A stretch of 43,652 nt of DNA from a virus (IMGVR_UViG_2617270938_000005:1-43652), one strand, 5' to 3'. Shown: positions 30,349 to 39,367, numbered from the stretch's first letter. Translations and numbers: made by a program. The notes: a model not told the origin generated them from the sequence alone.

Positions 30349-31244
30349 AGATCCACCCCGTAAATCCAGTCTGTGTTTGTCAGGTCGAGTTTTGGTTTGC
30401 TTGCTGTCACGACTGCCTGTTGCTTGTTACGGTTGATTTCGAGCTGGGTCCACTTGTCGCGGAGTTTGGCCGGACTCAGCACGTTACCGGACCAGAAGTT
30501 GTCCTGGCAGGCCCAGCGGAAAAGCACACACATATCGCGGTGGTTACGTCCGTCACGTTCACGCATCAGGCGGATATCGTTAGCCCACCCAGCAAAATTC
30601 GGTTTTCTGGCTGATGGCGCGATGGTCTTCACCATGTCAAACATCCACTCTGCGGCGGTCAGGTCTTCTGCTGTTCCCCACTTGCTGCCGCTCTGAATTG
30701 CAGCATCCGGTTTAACCACAGAAAGATCGTTTTCTGGCTGGTCAGAGGATTCGCCAGAATTCTCGGACGAATAATCTTTTCTTTTTTCTTTTGTAATAGT
30801 GTCTTTTGTGTCCCCCTGTTTTGAGGGATAGCAATCCCCCAATTTGAGGGATGTTTTATCCCTCGTTTTAGGGGATTTTCCCTCGTTTTGAGGGATACAC
30901 CATTCTGAGATGTTTTTATTTGGTCCAAACATGCCGCCTTGCTGCTTGATAATATTCATTCTGACGAGTTCTAACTTGGCTTCATTGCACCGTTTGACAG
31001 GTAACTTTGTAATCTCGCTAAGTTGAGAATCGGTGATTCTGTCCATTGGTTTATTCCACCCATAGGTTTTACGCAGAATGGCAAGCAGCACTTTAAACTG
31101 TCGCTTGGTCAGATCTGCGCCCGAATAAGCCTCAAGCAGCATATTTGATAGTCTGGCGTAACCATCATCGAGATCTGCCACATTACGCTCCTGTCCGGCA
31201 AAGTTACCTCTGCCGAAGTTGAGTATTTTTGCTGTATTTGTCAT
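30345..31244 (-). CDS. O: replication initiator O
   Basis: Near-identical to lambda O; contains ori iterons. Confidence 0.95.
   Translation of the reverse strand: MTNTAKILNFGRGNFAGQERNVADLDDGYARLSNMLLEAYSGADLTKRQFKVLLAILRKTYGWNKPMDRITDSQLSEITKLPVKRCNEAKLELVRMNIIKQQGGMFGPNKNISEWCIPQNEGKSPKTRDKTSLKLGDCYPSKQGDTKDTITKEKRKDYSSENSGESSDQPENDLSVVKPDAAIQSGSKWGTAEDLTAAEWMFDMVKTIAPSARKPNFAGWANDIRLMRERDGRNHRDMCVLFRWACQDNFWSGNVLSPAKLRDKWTQLEINRNKQQAVVTASKPKLDLTNTDWIYGVDL
30770..30900. repeat. ori-lambda: four iterons (TCCCTCAAAACGAGGGA-like) plus AT-rich region inside O
   Basis: Plus strand CCCTGTTTTGAGGGATA, CCCCCAATTTGAGGGAT, ATCCCTCGTTTTAGGGGAT, CCCTCGTTTTGAGGGATA adjacent to T-rich tract. Confidence 0.85.
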
Positions 31245-31276
31245 AATGACTCCTGTGGATTGATCCAGTAATTCCC

Positions 31277-31573
31277 TCAGAATTGCATATCAATTTGCTT
31301 AGAGTCCCCGGCGGCCACCGGGGATTTTTTCTTTGTGATTCCATCAAGCGCATACTTAAAAGCCCTACTAATCGGACTGATGTCTGATGCCATTCCGAAA
31401 GCACACAAGACTGAAGCAATAAATCTCCAGTCCGTTCTGCTTATCTTCGATTCATGACAGCCAATCATCTTTGCCAGACCGCGCTGAGTAAGCGTTGACA
31501 GGTTGATAAGTAAATCTGTTTCTGCGCGATCAACGTCGCGCTGTGATAGTTTGCTGTAACTTGTTCGTTCCAT
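31277..31573 (-). CDS. cII: transcriptional activator CII
   Basis: C-terminus KKKSPVAAGDSKQIDMQF resembles lambda CII KKRPAATERSEQIQMEF; position after cro/nutR. Confidence 0.8.
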   Translation of the reverse strand: MERTSYSKLSQRDVDRAETDLLINLSTLTQRGLAKMIGCHESKISRTDWRFIASVLCAFGMASDISPISRAFKYALDGITKKKSPVAAGDSKQIDMQF

Positions 31574-31676
31574 TTCTTAAGATTTCCAATAGTGAATAGC
31601 TAGTTGAAAGGTATACGTGGAAACGCATATGGCCTTAGTTGGTCAGATATCTTTGAACTCGCTTTTCAGCGACGTA

Positions 31677-31703
31677 GGACGAATGTCCGTTGTTACAAAG
31701 AGC
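31677..31703 (-). promoter_or_regulatory. nutR (boxA GCTCTTTGTAACAACG plus boxB hairpin GGAC-AUUC-GUCC)
   Basis: Between cro stop and cII; matches nutL arrangement at 34344-34371. Confidence 0.55.
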
Positions 31704-31714
31704 GGCTCCGCTTA

Positions 31715-31930
31715 TTAAGCGGCTTTGTGTTCCGGCGGGAACACGTCATCAAGACTTACTTTTGCGCCTAACTTATTTAGGCACGCAACAAGAGCACGGC
31801 ATGTTTTAAGGTCTGGGAAGCGACGACCAGATTCCCAATGTCCGATAGCTCCCTGTGTGCATCCAACTGCCTTAGCAAGTGTTGTTTGAGAGATATTCAG
31901 TGACTCTCGATATTTTCGTAGGTTGCTCAT
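31715..31930 (-). CDS. cro: Cro repressor (HTH)
   Basis: 71-aa HTH protein divergent from cI; start at MSNLRKYRESL with GGAGGG RBS. Confidence 0.8.
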   Translation of the reverse strand: MSNLRKYRESLNISQTTLAKAVGCTQGAIGHWESGRRFPDLKTCRALVACLNKLGAKVSLDDVFPPEHKAA

Positions 31931-32040
31931 ATGCCCTCCATAGTAACCTCGAATAAAAAATACAATATGTACTTTCCAAATACAAGCAAAAATACACATT
32001 GTGCATGGATGGTTCCAGTACAGAGCGTAATAATAAGGAC
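31931..32040. promoter_or_regulatory. oR/pR/pRM region with TACAnnnnTGT-type operator repeats
   Basis: Repeats tacaatatgtact (31961-31973) and tacacattgtg (31993-32003); related sites in oL; candidate pR TTGTAT-17-TATTTT on minus strand. Confidence 0.5.
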
Positions 32041-32700
32041 ATGAAAATGAAATGGTATGAACTGGCTAGATCCAGAATGAAAGAGCTCGGCATAACTCAA
32101 GAGAAGTTAGCCGAAGAGCTAGGTATGACGCAGGGTGGGATTGGACACTGGTTGCGCGGATCTCGTCATCCATCTCTTAGTGATATTGGTGTGGTGTTTA
32201 AATACCTTGGTATTGATAACATATCATTCAACCACGACGGGACATTTTCACCTGTTGGCGAATACTCATCGGCCCCAGTTAAAAAACAATATGAGTACCC
32301 TGTATTTTCTCATGTTCAGGCTGGGATGTTCTCTCCAGAACTCAGAACCTTTACCAAAGGCGATGCGGAGAGATTGGTAAGCACAACCAAAAAAGCCAGT
32401 GACTCTGCATTCTGGCTTGAGGTTGAAGGTAACTCAATGACCGCACCAACAGGTTCCAAACCCAGTTTTCCTGACGGGATGTTAATTCTGGTTGACCCTG
32501 AGCAAGCTGTTGAGCCCGGCGATTTCTGCATAGCCAGACTTGGTGGTGATGAATTTACCTTCAAGAAACTGATCAGGGATAGCGGTCAGGTGTTTCTACA
32601 GCCACTAAACCCACAATACCCAATAATCCCATGCAATGAGAGTTGTTCCGTTGTGGGGAAAGTTATCGCTAGTCAGTGGCCTGAAGAGACGTTTGGGTGA
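32041..32700 (+). CDS. cI: CI repressor (HTH_XRE plus S24 LexA-like peptidase domain)
   Basis: N-terminal HTH; AG cleavage site; GNSM ... FKKL Ser/Lys dyad. Confidence 0.9.
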   Translation: MKMKWYELARSRMKELGITQEKLAEELGMTQGGIGHWLRGSRHPSLSDIGVVFKYLGIDNISFNHDGTFSPVGEYSSAPVKKQYEYPVFSHVQAGMFSPELRTFTKGDAERLVSTTKKASDSAFWLEVEGNSMTAPTGSKPSFPDGMLILVDPEQAVEPGDFCIARLGGDEFTFKKLIRDSGQVFLQPLNPQYPIIPCNESCSVVGKVIASQWPEETFG

Positions 32701-32746
32701 CAAGAAGCACAGGTATTAACAATAACTTTCATGGTGATACGAATCA

Positions 32747-33289
32747 GTGGCTAAAAAAGGCGACTTTAAGCCTACCCAGAAAGAGGTTGACCAAGCTATT
32801 ACTCGCTTGAAAAAAGTAACTTTTAGCGGAGTTACATGGACCGGAAGTGAGGGACGAACCCCAATCTGGTTTAAATTGGATCTCAAAGCTTTTGATGAAA
32901 TTGGCAACCCAATCACAGGCATAAGATTTATGCTTCACTGGCGTCCTCCTATCGTTGAAGGGGTGGATATAGTGAAGATTTCATTTGTGATGTTTCTTCA
33001 TGACAGGCGCATTTACGCGCTTGATCCGTACCCTGCGGATAACAAGCCACACCGTAATAAATCTATAGTGAACCATCCAGATTTTGTTGAGGTGGCTCGA
33101 GGTCCTCACTATCACATGTACTTCGAATCAGCTGGGGAAGAAATTGCACTTAAGCTTGAAACGAACATCAAGCCAGATGATTTTTTTGGCTACTGGAATT
33201 ATTTTTGCGAGGCGCTTAATATCATATATGAAGGCAGCCCACCTTTACCTAATCAAGATAAATCAGGTCAGTTATCATGGGAAATGTAA
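32747..33289 (+). CDS. hypothetical protein A of cI-linked two-gene cassette (rexA position)
   Basis: 180-aa ORF with GTG start 46 nt after cI stop; no recognisable family; overlaps downstream ORF by 13 nt. Confidence 0.5.
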   Translation: MAKKGDFKPTQKEVDQAITRLKKVTFSGVTWTGSEGRTPIWFKLDLKAFDEIGNPITGIRFMLHWRPPIVEGVDIVKISFVMFLHDRRIYALDPYPADNKPHRNKSIVNHPDFVEVARGPHYHMYFESAGEEIALKLETNIKPDDFFGYWNYFCEALNIIYEGSPPLPNQDKSGQLSWEM

Positions 33290-34053
33290 CGTGTTCAACA
33301 GTCATATCTAAGCTCGGGTTTGAATGCCACCCAATGAGCGACACGTTGCTGCGCGTTATTAGTCCATTCACATACTACGATGATTGTGAGCAGATAAGTG
33401 TATTCGTTCAAGAGATGAGTGGTCAGTATAGGGTTACAGACTACTGCGATACATTGATGAATATTGAATCACGCGGCATCCACCTGACTAAAAAGAAAAT
33501 TGATCTGATCAGGTCATCACTCGCTTCGCAAGGAATTTCATTAAATGACTCTGGAGAGATATCTGCGTGGGCAGATGAGTCGTCCGTTGGACAGGTAACT
33601 GCAAATGTTATTCGTGGTGGGATTCTTGCATCCGCCCAAACTGCTGATTGGTATGCTGAGGTCAAAGACGATAAGTTCGAAAAATGTGTAATCAGTTACT
33701 TAAAATCAGCAGGGCTTGGGAAGCGACTAGTCTTAAAGGAAAAAGTGAAAGGTATTAGTGGGCATAACATTACTGTTCCGTTAACGCTAAGGAATGAGTC
33801 TCGACTAATACCACCAAAACGCGGGTTTACGGTAAGCCTTGCCAGCAGTAAGGGATGGAATACTGCCCACTCAACAGTTGGGAAGATTGTTGACTTAAGT
33901 CAGGTCGTTCCTGACATAAACAATAGATTTGTAATAGTTGACAGCGATGGGTTAACACCTGAGCTACAGCAACTATCATTACTATTTAATGATACCGCAC
34001 GAGTGTTGCCATTCCATACCAGAGACTCTTGGATTGAGTCTCTGGTAGCCTAG
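33277..34053 (+). CDS. hypothetical protein B of cI-linked two-gene cassette (rexB position)
   Basis: 258-aa ORF (alternative start at Met 33334); followed directly by terminator; no recognisable family. Confidence 0.5.
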   Translation: MGNVTCSTVISKLGFECHPMSDTLLRVISPFTYYDDCEQISVFVQEMSGQYRVTDYCDTLMNIESRGIHLTKKKIDLIRSSLASQGISLNDSGEISAWADESSVGQVTANVIRGGILASAQTADWYAEVKDDKFEKCVISYLKSAGLGKRLVLKEKVKGISGHNITVPLTLRNESRLIPPKRGFTVSLASSKGWNTAHSTVGKIVDLSQVVPDINNRFVIVDSDGLTPELQQLSLLFNDTARVLPFHTRDSWIESLVA

Positions 34054-34083
34054 AAAAACCCGGCCTCAGCGCCGGGTTTTCTT
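34054..34083 (+). terminator. rho-independent terminator closing the cI operon (timm-like)
   Basis: CCCGGC-CTCAGC-GCCGGG hairpin followed by TTTTCTTTG. Confidence 0.75.
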
Positions 34084-34224
34084 TGCCTCACCCCCCACCT
34101 AAAGACACATAACCAAATGTATTTATTGAAAAATAAATAGATACAACTCACTAAACCACGCAATTCTGATCTCTCCTTACATCGCCGAGGCGATACACCC
34201 ACGCTAAAAAACAACACTATTAAA

Positions 34225-34297
34225 TACAAAGTGTTATAAAAAATCACCCCATTTTAGAACAAATCGTATTGACCCAATAAAGTACATATCGTACTAT
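34225..34297 (+). promoter_or_regulatory. oL/pL: TTGACC-17-TACTAT promoter with overlapping palindromic operator AGTAC-ATATC-GTACT
   Basis: -35 at 34269-34274, -10 at 34292-34297; operator 34281-34295 and tacaaagtgtta at 34225-34236. Confidence 0.6.
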
Positions 34298-34343
34298 TTA
34301 ACCGTCAGCAGGACGCTGGAAGCCAAACGGAACAGACTGGCAG

Positions 34344-34371
34344 GCTCTTTAAACAACGTCGAACTCTCGAC
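34344..34371 (+). promoter_or_regulatory. nutL (boxA GCTCTTTAAACAACG plus boxB hairpin GTCGA-ACTC-TCGAC)
   Basis: Between pL and N; parallels nutR. Confidence 0.55.
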
Positions 34372-34487
34372 TACGTGGCTGAAAAGCCAGATCACCCAAC
34401 CACATGAGCTGTGGGATGCAATGCCGAAGCAACCGTCTCAGGAGGAGCTTCGAGATTGCATCACCAAAGTTTATTCGGGAGGAATCT

Positions 34488-34760
34488 ATGTCCAGAAAAA
34501 CAGAATTTAAAGGCACCTCAGCTTCTCGTCGTAGAGCTCGTCGCGCAAACCTGCAAAGTCAGGAGGCGATTAGCTCCGACAAGCTACACAGACCAACCCC
34601 CTCTCGAGTGGTCTTGCAATGCAAGCGCAAACCAGCAATGAGAGCAGAAGTAATAACACTGACAACGTTGACCAGAAAATATGAAGGCTCAACTTGTCTT
34701 CCAAATGTAGCTCTTTACGCGGCAGGCTACAGGAAATCAAAACAACTGACAGCAAGGTGA
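34488..34760 (+). CDS. N: antitermination protein N (P22 gp24-like)
   Basis: Arg-rich motif SRRRARRANLQ; C-terminus LPNVALYAAGYRKSKQLTAR matches P22 gp24 LPGVALYAAGHRKSKQITAR; GGGAGG RBS. Confidence 0.8.
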   Translation: MSRKTEFKGTSASRRRARRANLQSQEAISSDKLHRPTPSRVVLQCKRKPAMRAEVITLTTLTRKYEGSTCLPNVALYAAGYRKSKQLTAR

Positions 34761-34818
34761 CTTGTGTTGGTCGCCAGAAAACGAAGGGCAAATCCATCGC
34801 ATTAATCTGAGGTGGCCC

Positions 34819-34983
34819 ATGAAGAACAGCATCAAGTGCCCGGTATGCGGTCGTGACTTCGATCCACGCACTCCGGTCTGCCACATCAGCAAGTATCACC
34901 AGTCAGCGAAGAACTGCGAGCTGGAGAAGATACGCGATGCCCGGCGGCAATATTTCAAAGTAACAGCGAGTGAGGTTCGGTGA
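34819..34983 (+). CDS. small zinc-ribbon protein
   Basis: 54 aa with CPVCG...C..H motif. Confidence 0.35.
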   Translation: MKNSIKCPVCGRDFDPRTPVCHISKYHQSAKNCELEKIRDARRQYFKVTASEVR

Positions 34984-35321
34984 TGGAAAATAAAACGGCT
35001 AACGGGATGTACGTACTGCGTGGTGAGCTGAAAAAGGGACTGATAGCGGAGCTGGTAAAGGCATACGACCAGCTGACTCAGGAGTCAGAAAAATTAAAGA
35101 TCCTCGGACTCAGGTATAACACCCCTCGACGCATTGTTTATGGCTTTATGTATGAGGTTGCAGCATTAACCGTCAAGGAAATTATGTTTAAAACTGAGGG
35201 TGGCTTTTACATCCCACAGGATGACTTCGAATCGAGCGACGATATCGATTCATTAGCCAAAGAGATCATCGATGTAATTGACTGTAATGGCGCATTCCTT
35301 GAGCGCCTTCTTAAGGAGTAG
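34983..35321 (+). CDS. hypothetical protein
   Basis: 112-aa ORF, TGATG start/stop overlap. Confidence 0.35.
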   Translation: MENKTANGMYVLRGELKKGLIAELVKAYDQLTQESEKLKILGLRYNTPRRIVYGFMYEVAALTVKEIMFKTEGGFYIPQDDFESSDDIDSLAKEIIDVIDCNGAFLERLLKE

Positions 35322-35323
35322 CC

Positions 35324-35515
35324 ATGAAAAAACTGTATGAAAAACTCCCGGTCGTAGTGCAGGGGTCATTTTGGGTCTGCTTATCACTGCGGCCATTCTT
35401 CTGTCTACCCCGCCAGTCGTCATGTTTCTTCGTTGGTGGTTCAGAGTTTGGGGTGTCTGATCGGCGCAAGCATTACGCACAGAACGAATCGAGCGGGTCG
35501 AGTGGCCTGCGGTGA
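35324..35515 (+). CDS. small hypothetical protein
   Basis: 63-aa ORF with AAGGAG RBS. Confidence 0.35.
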   Translation: MKKLYEKLPVVVQGSFWVCLSLRPFFCLPRQSSCFFVGGSEFGVSDRRKHYAQNESSGSSGLR

Positions 35516-35535
35516 ATAAACAAAGGGGTGAGGGT

Positions 35536-35718
35536 ATGGAAAATTTGGACAATGAACTGAAAAGAGTAGTTCAGGAACTGGCCAATGAAGAAGGCATCAG
35601 TTTTGCCGATGCCGTGGACGTTTCGATTAAGACGCTTCGTTACGAAATTCAGCATAGAAAGTCTTTTAATGGGTCGCCTGACCCCGATGGAGGCGCATCA
35701 GGAGTAGAGGTACGCTGA
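35536..35718 (+). CDS. small hypothetical protein
   Basis: 60-aa ORF with GGGTGAGGG RBS. Confidence 0.3.
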   Translation: MENLDNELKRVVQELANEEGISFADAVDVSIKTLRYEIQHRKSFNGSPDPDGGASGVEVR

Positions 35719-35864
35719 CCAAATATCGAAGCGGCAAACAAAAATCGCTGGGGTTTGACGATTGGTGTAACTGGATAGATAGATACGGAACTTGGTGGGA
35801 TAAATAACAGGTAACTTAAGCGTATTTACTTTCGCAGCAAACCACTTATTTGAGAGGAATTAAT

Positions 35865-36488
35865 ATGTCATCAATCCGCTTAACTACGAGAATGAAAGAG
35901 AAAATCGCTCGTAACGCTTTAATTAAGTCTGGGGTTTTCACTGAACTTGAAGAAGTAACAAAGTTAAAGAACCAGCTTGCACTTGACGCCAGAGTTATTG
36001 CGTTTGGCGGTAAAAAGAAAACTGAGGAAGTGGATCAGTTATCATCCAAGTTGGTAGCTATAAGTGAAGAACTTGAAAAGATGGGATGTTCATTTTACTC
36101 ATACGATGTTAGTTCTACTTCAATTTATCTGACTGTATCTGGCAGAAGGGTTGGATGGCATTCATATGGGAAAGACGGCAACGGCGAAGATATATTGCTC
36201 CCTACTCCGACAAAAGATAAATGCATGTTTGACGCAGAGCACGAAATAACAAAAAGGTTTGATGAAATCTGCGCATTGCAACAAAAACTTGAAGTCAGGA
36301 AAAAGGATATCGAATCAAATGTATGGGCTGCTTTGAACTCAGTCACAACAGTTAAGCGACTTATTGAAGTTTGGCCTGAAAGCAAAGAATTGCTACCAGA
36401 AGAAGCAGATAAAGCAAGTACAGCACTTCCTGCTTTACGGGTAGAAGATTTGAATAAGATGATTGGACTTCCTTCCGAGGCCGCATAG
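35865..36488 (+). CDS. hypothetical protein
   Basis: 207-aa ORF with GAGAGG RBS. Confidence 0.4.
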   Translation: MSSIRLTTRMKEKIARNALIKSGVFTELEEVTKLKNQLALDARVIAFGGKKKTEEVDQLSSKLVAISEELEKMGCSFYSYDVSSTSIYLTVSGRRVGWHSYGKDGNGEDILLPTPTKDKCMFDAEHEITKRFDEICALQQKLEVRKKDIESNVWAALNSVTTVKRLIEVWPESKELLPEEADKASTALPALRVEDLNKMIGLPSEAA

Positions 36489-36620
36489 TCGGCCTTTACT
36501 TTTGGCATAAACAACAGAATAAACACTGCACTGTGTATTCATTCCAACGAGTGAATACACGGAGCAATGTCGCTCGTAACTAAACAGGAGCCGACTTGTT
36601 CTGATTATTGGAAATCTTCT

Positions 36621-36648
36621 TTGCCCTCCAGTGTGAGGGCAATTTTTT
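36621..36648 (+). terminator. rho-independent terminator (tL-like) inside pL operon
   Basis: TTGCCCTC-CAGTGT-GAGGGCAA followed by TTTTTT; next gene starts 13 nt later. Confidence 0.7.
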
Positions 36649-36660
36649 GACGGAGGATAT

Positions 36661-37629
36661 ATGAGTGAAGTAACAGATTTAGTTGTTATTGAAAAATCAA
36701 ATGCAATGACTGTATTTCAGTCTGCCGACCAGATTGAAGAAATTCTCCAAAAGGTTGAACGTGAAGTTATGTCCTTTGTGCCTGATGTTACAACGGCAAA
36801 GGGCAGAAAGGAGATCGCTTCTCTGGCGTATAAAGTTGCGCAGACGAAAACATATCTCGATGGTCTTGCCAAAGACCTTGTTGCTGAACTGAAGGAAATT
36901 CCAAAGCTAATTGATGCTAACCGTAAGACAGTGCGTGATCGCCTTGATGAGCTGAAAGCCAAGGCGCGCCAGCCTCTTACTGATTATGAGGAAGAACAGG
37001 CGAGGATTAAAGCCGAAGAAGAAGCTAAGGCAGCAGCTGAAGCTCTCGCAAAGCAAATTGAGTCTGACCATGAAATAGCGATTTTGATGGATCGCGAATT
37101 TGACCGCCAAAGAGAAGAGGCAAGACTCAAAGCTGAGCAGGAAAAGCGAGAGCATGAAGAACGCTTAAAAAGAGAAGCTGAAGAGAAAGCCAGAGCTGAA
37201 GCCGAAGCAAAGGCAAAAGCCGAAATTGAAGCAGCAGCAAGGCGAGAAGCAGAAGCTAAGGCCGCAGCGGAACGTGCAGAGCGTGAACGCATTGAAGCCG
37301 AGCAACGAGCACAGCGCGAAGCAAAAGAGGCAGCAGGACGAGCTGAAAGAGAAAAGCATGCGGCAATTGAAGCAGAACGCCGTAAAGCACAGGAGGAGGC
37401 AGAACGAATCCGTCGCGAGGCTGAAGCAAAAGAGCAAGCCAGAATCGCAGAAGAAAAAAGAATCAAGGACGAAGAAGAGCGCAGAGCAAAGGATAAAGCT
37501 CACCGGAAAGAAGTAAATAACAAAATACTTGCTGACCTTATCAAGGTTGGCGCATCAGAAGATGTTGCTAAAAATATCATAATAGCCATCGCAAAAGGCG
37601 AAGTATTCGCAACAAAAATAACCTACTAA
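36661..37629 (+). CDS. hypothetical protein with long E/A/K/R-rich coiled-coil
   Basis: 322 aa; central region of AEAKA/EEAER-type charged repeats. Confidence 0.45.
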   Translation: MSEVTDLVVIEKSNAMTVFQSADQIEEILQKVEREVMSFVPDVTTAKGRKEIASLAYKVAQTKTYLDGLAKDLVAELKEIPKLIDANRKTVRDRLDELKAKARQPLTDYEEEQARIKAEEEAKAAAEALAKQIESDHEIAILMDREFDRQREEARLKAEQEKREHEERLKREAEEKARAEAEAKAKAEIEAAARREAEAKAAAERAERERIEAEQRAQREAKEAAGRAEREKHAAIEAERRKAQEEAERIRREAEAKEQARIAEEKRIKDEEERRAKDKAHRKEVNNKILADLIKVGASEDVAKNIIIAIAKGEVFATKITY

Positions 37630-37653
37630 TAAAACCAACATAAGGAACCACCC

Positions 37654-37785
37654 ATGATTTACGCAATCGCGGGAGGCGCTCGCATGGGTGCCTTCCAATT
37701 AAATGAATCTTTACTTGAACGAATCACCCGTAAATTACGTGACGGATGGAAAAGAGTTGAGGTCTTATTATGCGCAATGAAATAG
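37654..37785 (+). CDS. cIII: CIII (FtsH inhibitor)
   Basis: MIYAIAGGARMGAFQLNESLLERITRKLRDGWKRVEVLLCAMK; lambda CIII core ESLLERITRKLRDGWKRL conserved; not in ORF track (44 aa). Confidence 0.75.
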   Translation: MIYAIAGGARMGAFQLNESLLERITRKLRDGWKRVEVLLCAMK

Positions 37786-37922
37786 CCATCAATCACCAGA
37801 TGCTTCGTGCGGCACAAAACAAAGCAGTAATAGCCAGATTTATTGGTGATTCCAAAATGTGGCTTGAAGCAAATAAAGAGATGAAATCAGCTATCAACCT
37901 TCCATGGTATCGCAGGAAATGA
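37770..37922 (+). CDS. kil: Kil-like protein
   Basis: 50-aa ORF overlapping cIII end, as in lambda; ...ARFIGDSKMWLEA... reminiscent of Kil. Confidence 0.5.
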   Translation: MRNEIAINHQMLRAAQNKAVIARFIGDSKMWLEANKEMKSAINLPWYRRK

Positions 37923-37997
37923 GTTTTACAGATAACTGGTCAGACGAAGAATTCATTCGTCAGATGAAAGAATTAATCGGTAACGAAGGAGATATTC

Positions 37998-38168
37998 ATG
38001 TCACTTGCAACCACAGTGAAGGAGAGCAAGTTACAGAGACGCATGTACACGCAGAAAGCTCTCTGGTATCGCCATAATGGCGACCGCGAAGGAATGCGGG
38101 TATGCCTTAATTTGTCCCGAGTCGAAGTATTAAATCAGCGTTATTTCCTTGGGCCGTGTCCATTCTGA
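37998..38168 (+). CDS. small hypothetical protein
   Basis: About 56-aa ORF with AGGAG RBS; end coordinate approximate. Confidence 0.3.
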   Translation: MSLATTVKESKLQRRMYTQKALWYRHNGDREGMRVCLNLSRVEVLNQRYFLGPCPF

Positions 38169-38176
38169 GGTGAATT

Positions 38177-38884
38177 ATGGATTTGAATAAATTCGATGAG
38201 CCATTCAGCCCTGAAGATATCGAATGGCGAATACAGCAAAGCGGTAAAACACGCGATGGCAAAGTGTGGGCTATGGTGCTGGCTTATGTCACGAACCGGG
38301 CAATCATGAAACGCCTGGACGATGTTTGCGGCAAAGCAGGATGGCGCAATGAATACCGCGATATTCCCAACAACGGCGGCGTTGAATGCGGCATATCAAT
38401 AAAGATTGATTCCGAATGGGTAACCAAATGGGATGCTGCTGAAAACACGCAGGTAGAAGCCGTCAAAGGTGGTCGTTCCGGTGCAATGAAGCGCGCTGCC
38501 GTTCAGTGGGGAATCGGTCGGTATCTGTATAACCTTGAGGAAGGTTTCGCACAAACATCTCTCGATAAAAAGCAGGGATGGCACAGGGCAAAACTCAAGG
38601 ATGGAACAGGATTTTACTGGCTCCCTCCATCGCTGCCGGGATGGGCAATACCAGCATCAGATAACAAACCATCACCAGAAAATACCAACCAGAAATCTCC
38701 ATCGGTTGACTGCGAACAAATCCTGAAAGACTTCAGCGATTATGCGTCAACAGAAACTGACAAGAAAAAACTCATCGAGCGTTATCAGCGTGACTGGCAA
38801 TTAATGGCTGGCAATGAGGAGGCGCAGGCTAAATGCGTTCAGGTAATGAACATCAGAGTTAACGAACTAAAACAGGCGGCATAA
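38177..38884 (+). CDS. Rad52-family single-strand annealing protein
   Basis: N-terminal SPEDIEWRIQQSG...VWAMVLAYVTNRAIMKRLDDVCGKAGWRNEY is Rad52/Sak-like; lies in the recombination slot next to ssb. Confidence 0.65.
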   Translation: MDLNKFDEPFSPEDIEWRIQQSGKTRDGKVWAMVLAYVTNRAIMKRLDDVCGKAGWRNEYRDIPNNGGVECGISIKIDSEWVTKWDAAENTQVEAVKGGRSGAMKRAAVQWGIGRYLYNLEEGFAQTSLDKKQGWHRAKLKDGTGFYWLPPSLPGWAIPASDNKPSPENTNQKSPSVDCEQILKDFSDYASTETDKKKLIERYQRDWQLMAGNEEAQAKCVQVMNIRVNELKQAA

Positions 38885-39358
38885 ATGTCAAGCAGAGGCG
38901 TAAATAAGGTGATTATCCTTGGTCGGGTAGGACAAGACCCGGAAGTTCGATACTCACCATCAGGAACAGCGTTCGCTAACCTGACAATAGCCACGTCAGA
39001 ACAATGGCGAGATAAAAATACTGGCGAGCAAAAGGAATTGACTGAATGGCACCGCGTGGTAATGAGCGGGAAACTGGCAGAAATTGCCAGCGAATATCTG
39101 CGAAAAGGCTCTGAGGTTTATCTTGAAGGTAAATTGCGGACAAGAAAATGGCAGGATCAAAGCGGACAGGATCGGTTCACTACCGAAATCATCGTGGGCG
39201 TTGGTGGAACCATGCAAATGCTTGGTGGCAAGCAAGGAGGCAATGAACAGTCTTCACCTCAGCGAAATAACGGTCAGCAACAAAGACAGCAACCTCAGCA
39301 GCAGGGAAATCACAGCGAACCACCTATGAACTTCGACGATTCGGATATTCCGTTCTAG
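38885..39358 (+). CDS. ssb: single-stranded DNA-binding protein
   Basis: OB-fold N-terminus, Gln/Gly-rich linker, C-terminal DDSDIPF tail. Confidence 0.9.
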   Translation: MSSRGVNKVIILGRVGQDPEVRYSPSGTAFANLTIATSEQWRDKNTGEQKELTEWHRVVMSGKLAEIASEYLRKGSEVYLEGKLRTRKWQDQSGQDRFTTEIIVGVGGTMQMLGGKQGGNEQSSPQRNNGQQQRQQPQQQGNHSEPPMNFDDSDIPF

Positions 39359-39367
39359 GAGCTGAAT

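Noticed and set aside
34404-34487. Upstream extension of the N ORF (118 aa starting MSCGMQ...)
   Set aside because: It would overlap nutL and has no RBS; the Met at 34488 has a GGGAGG RBS and yields an N-like protein of normal length with an N-terminal Arg-rich motif.
36984-37503. Minus-strand ORFs (160 aa and 112 aa) rich in Ser/Ala/Cys/Phe inside the 36661-37629 gene
   Set aside because: Antisense reading frames of the purine-rich GAAGC repeat region; low-complexity artefacts.
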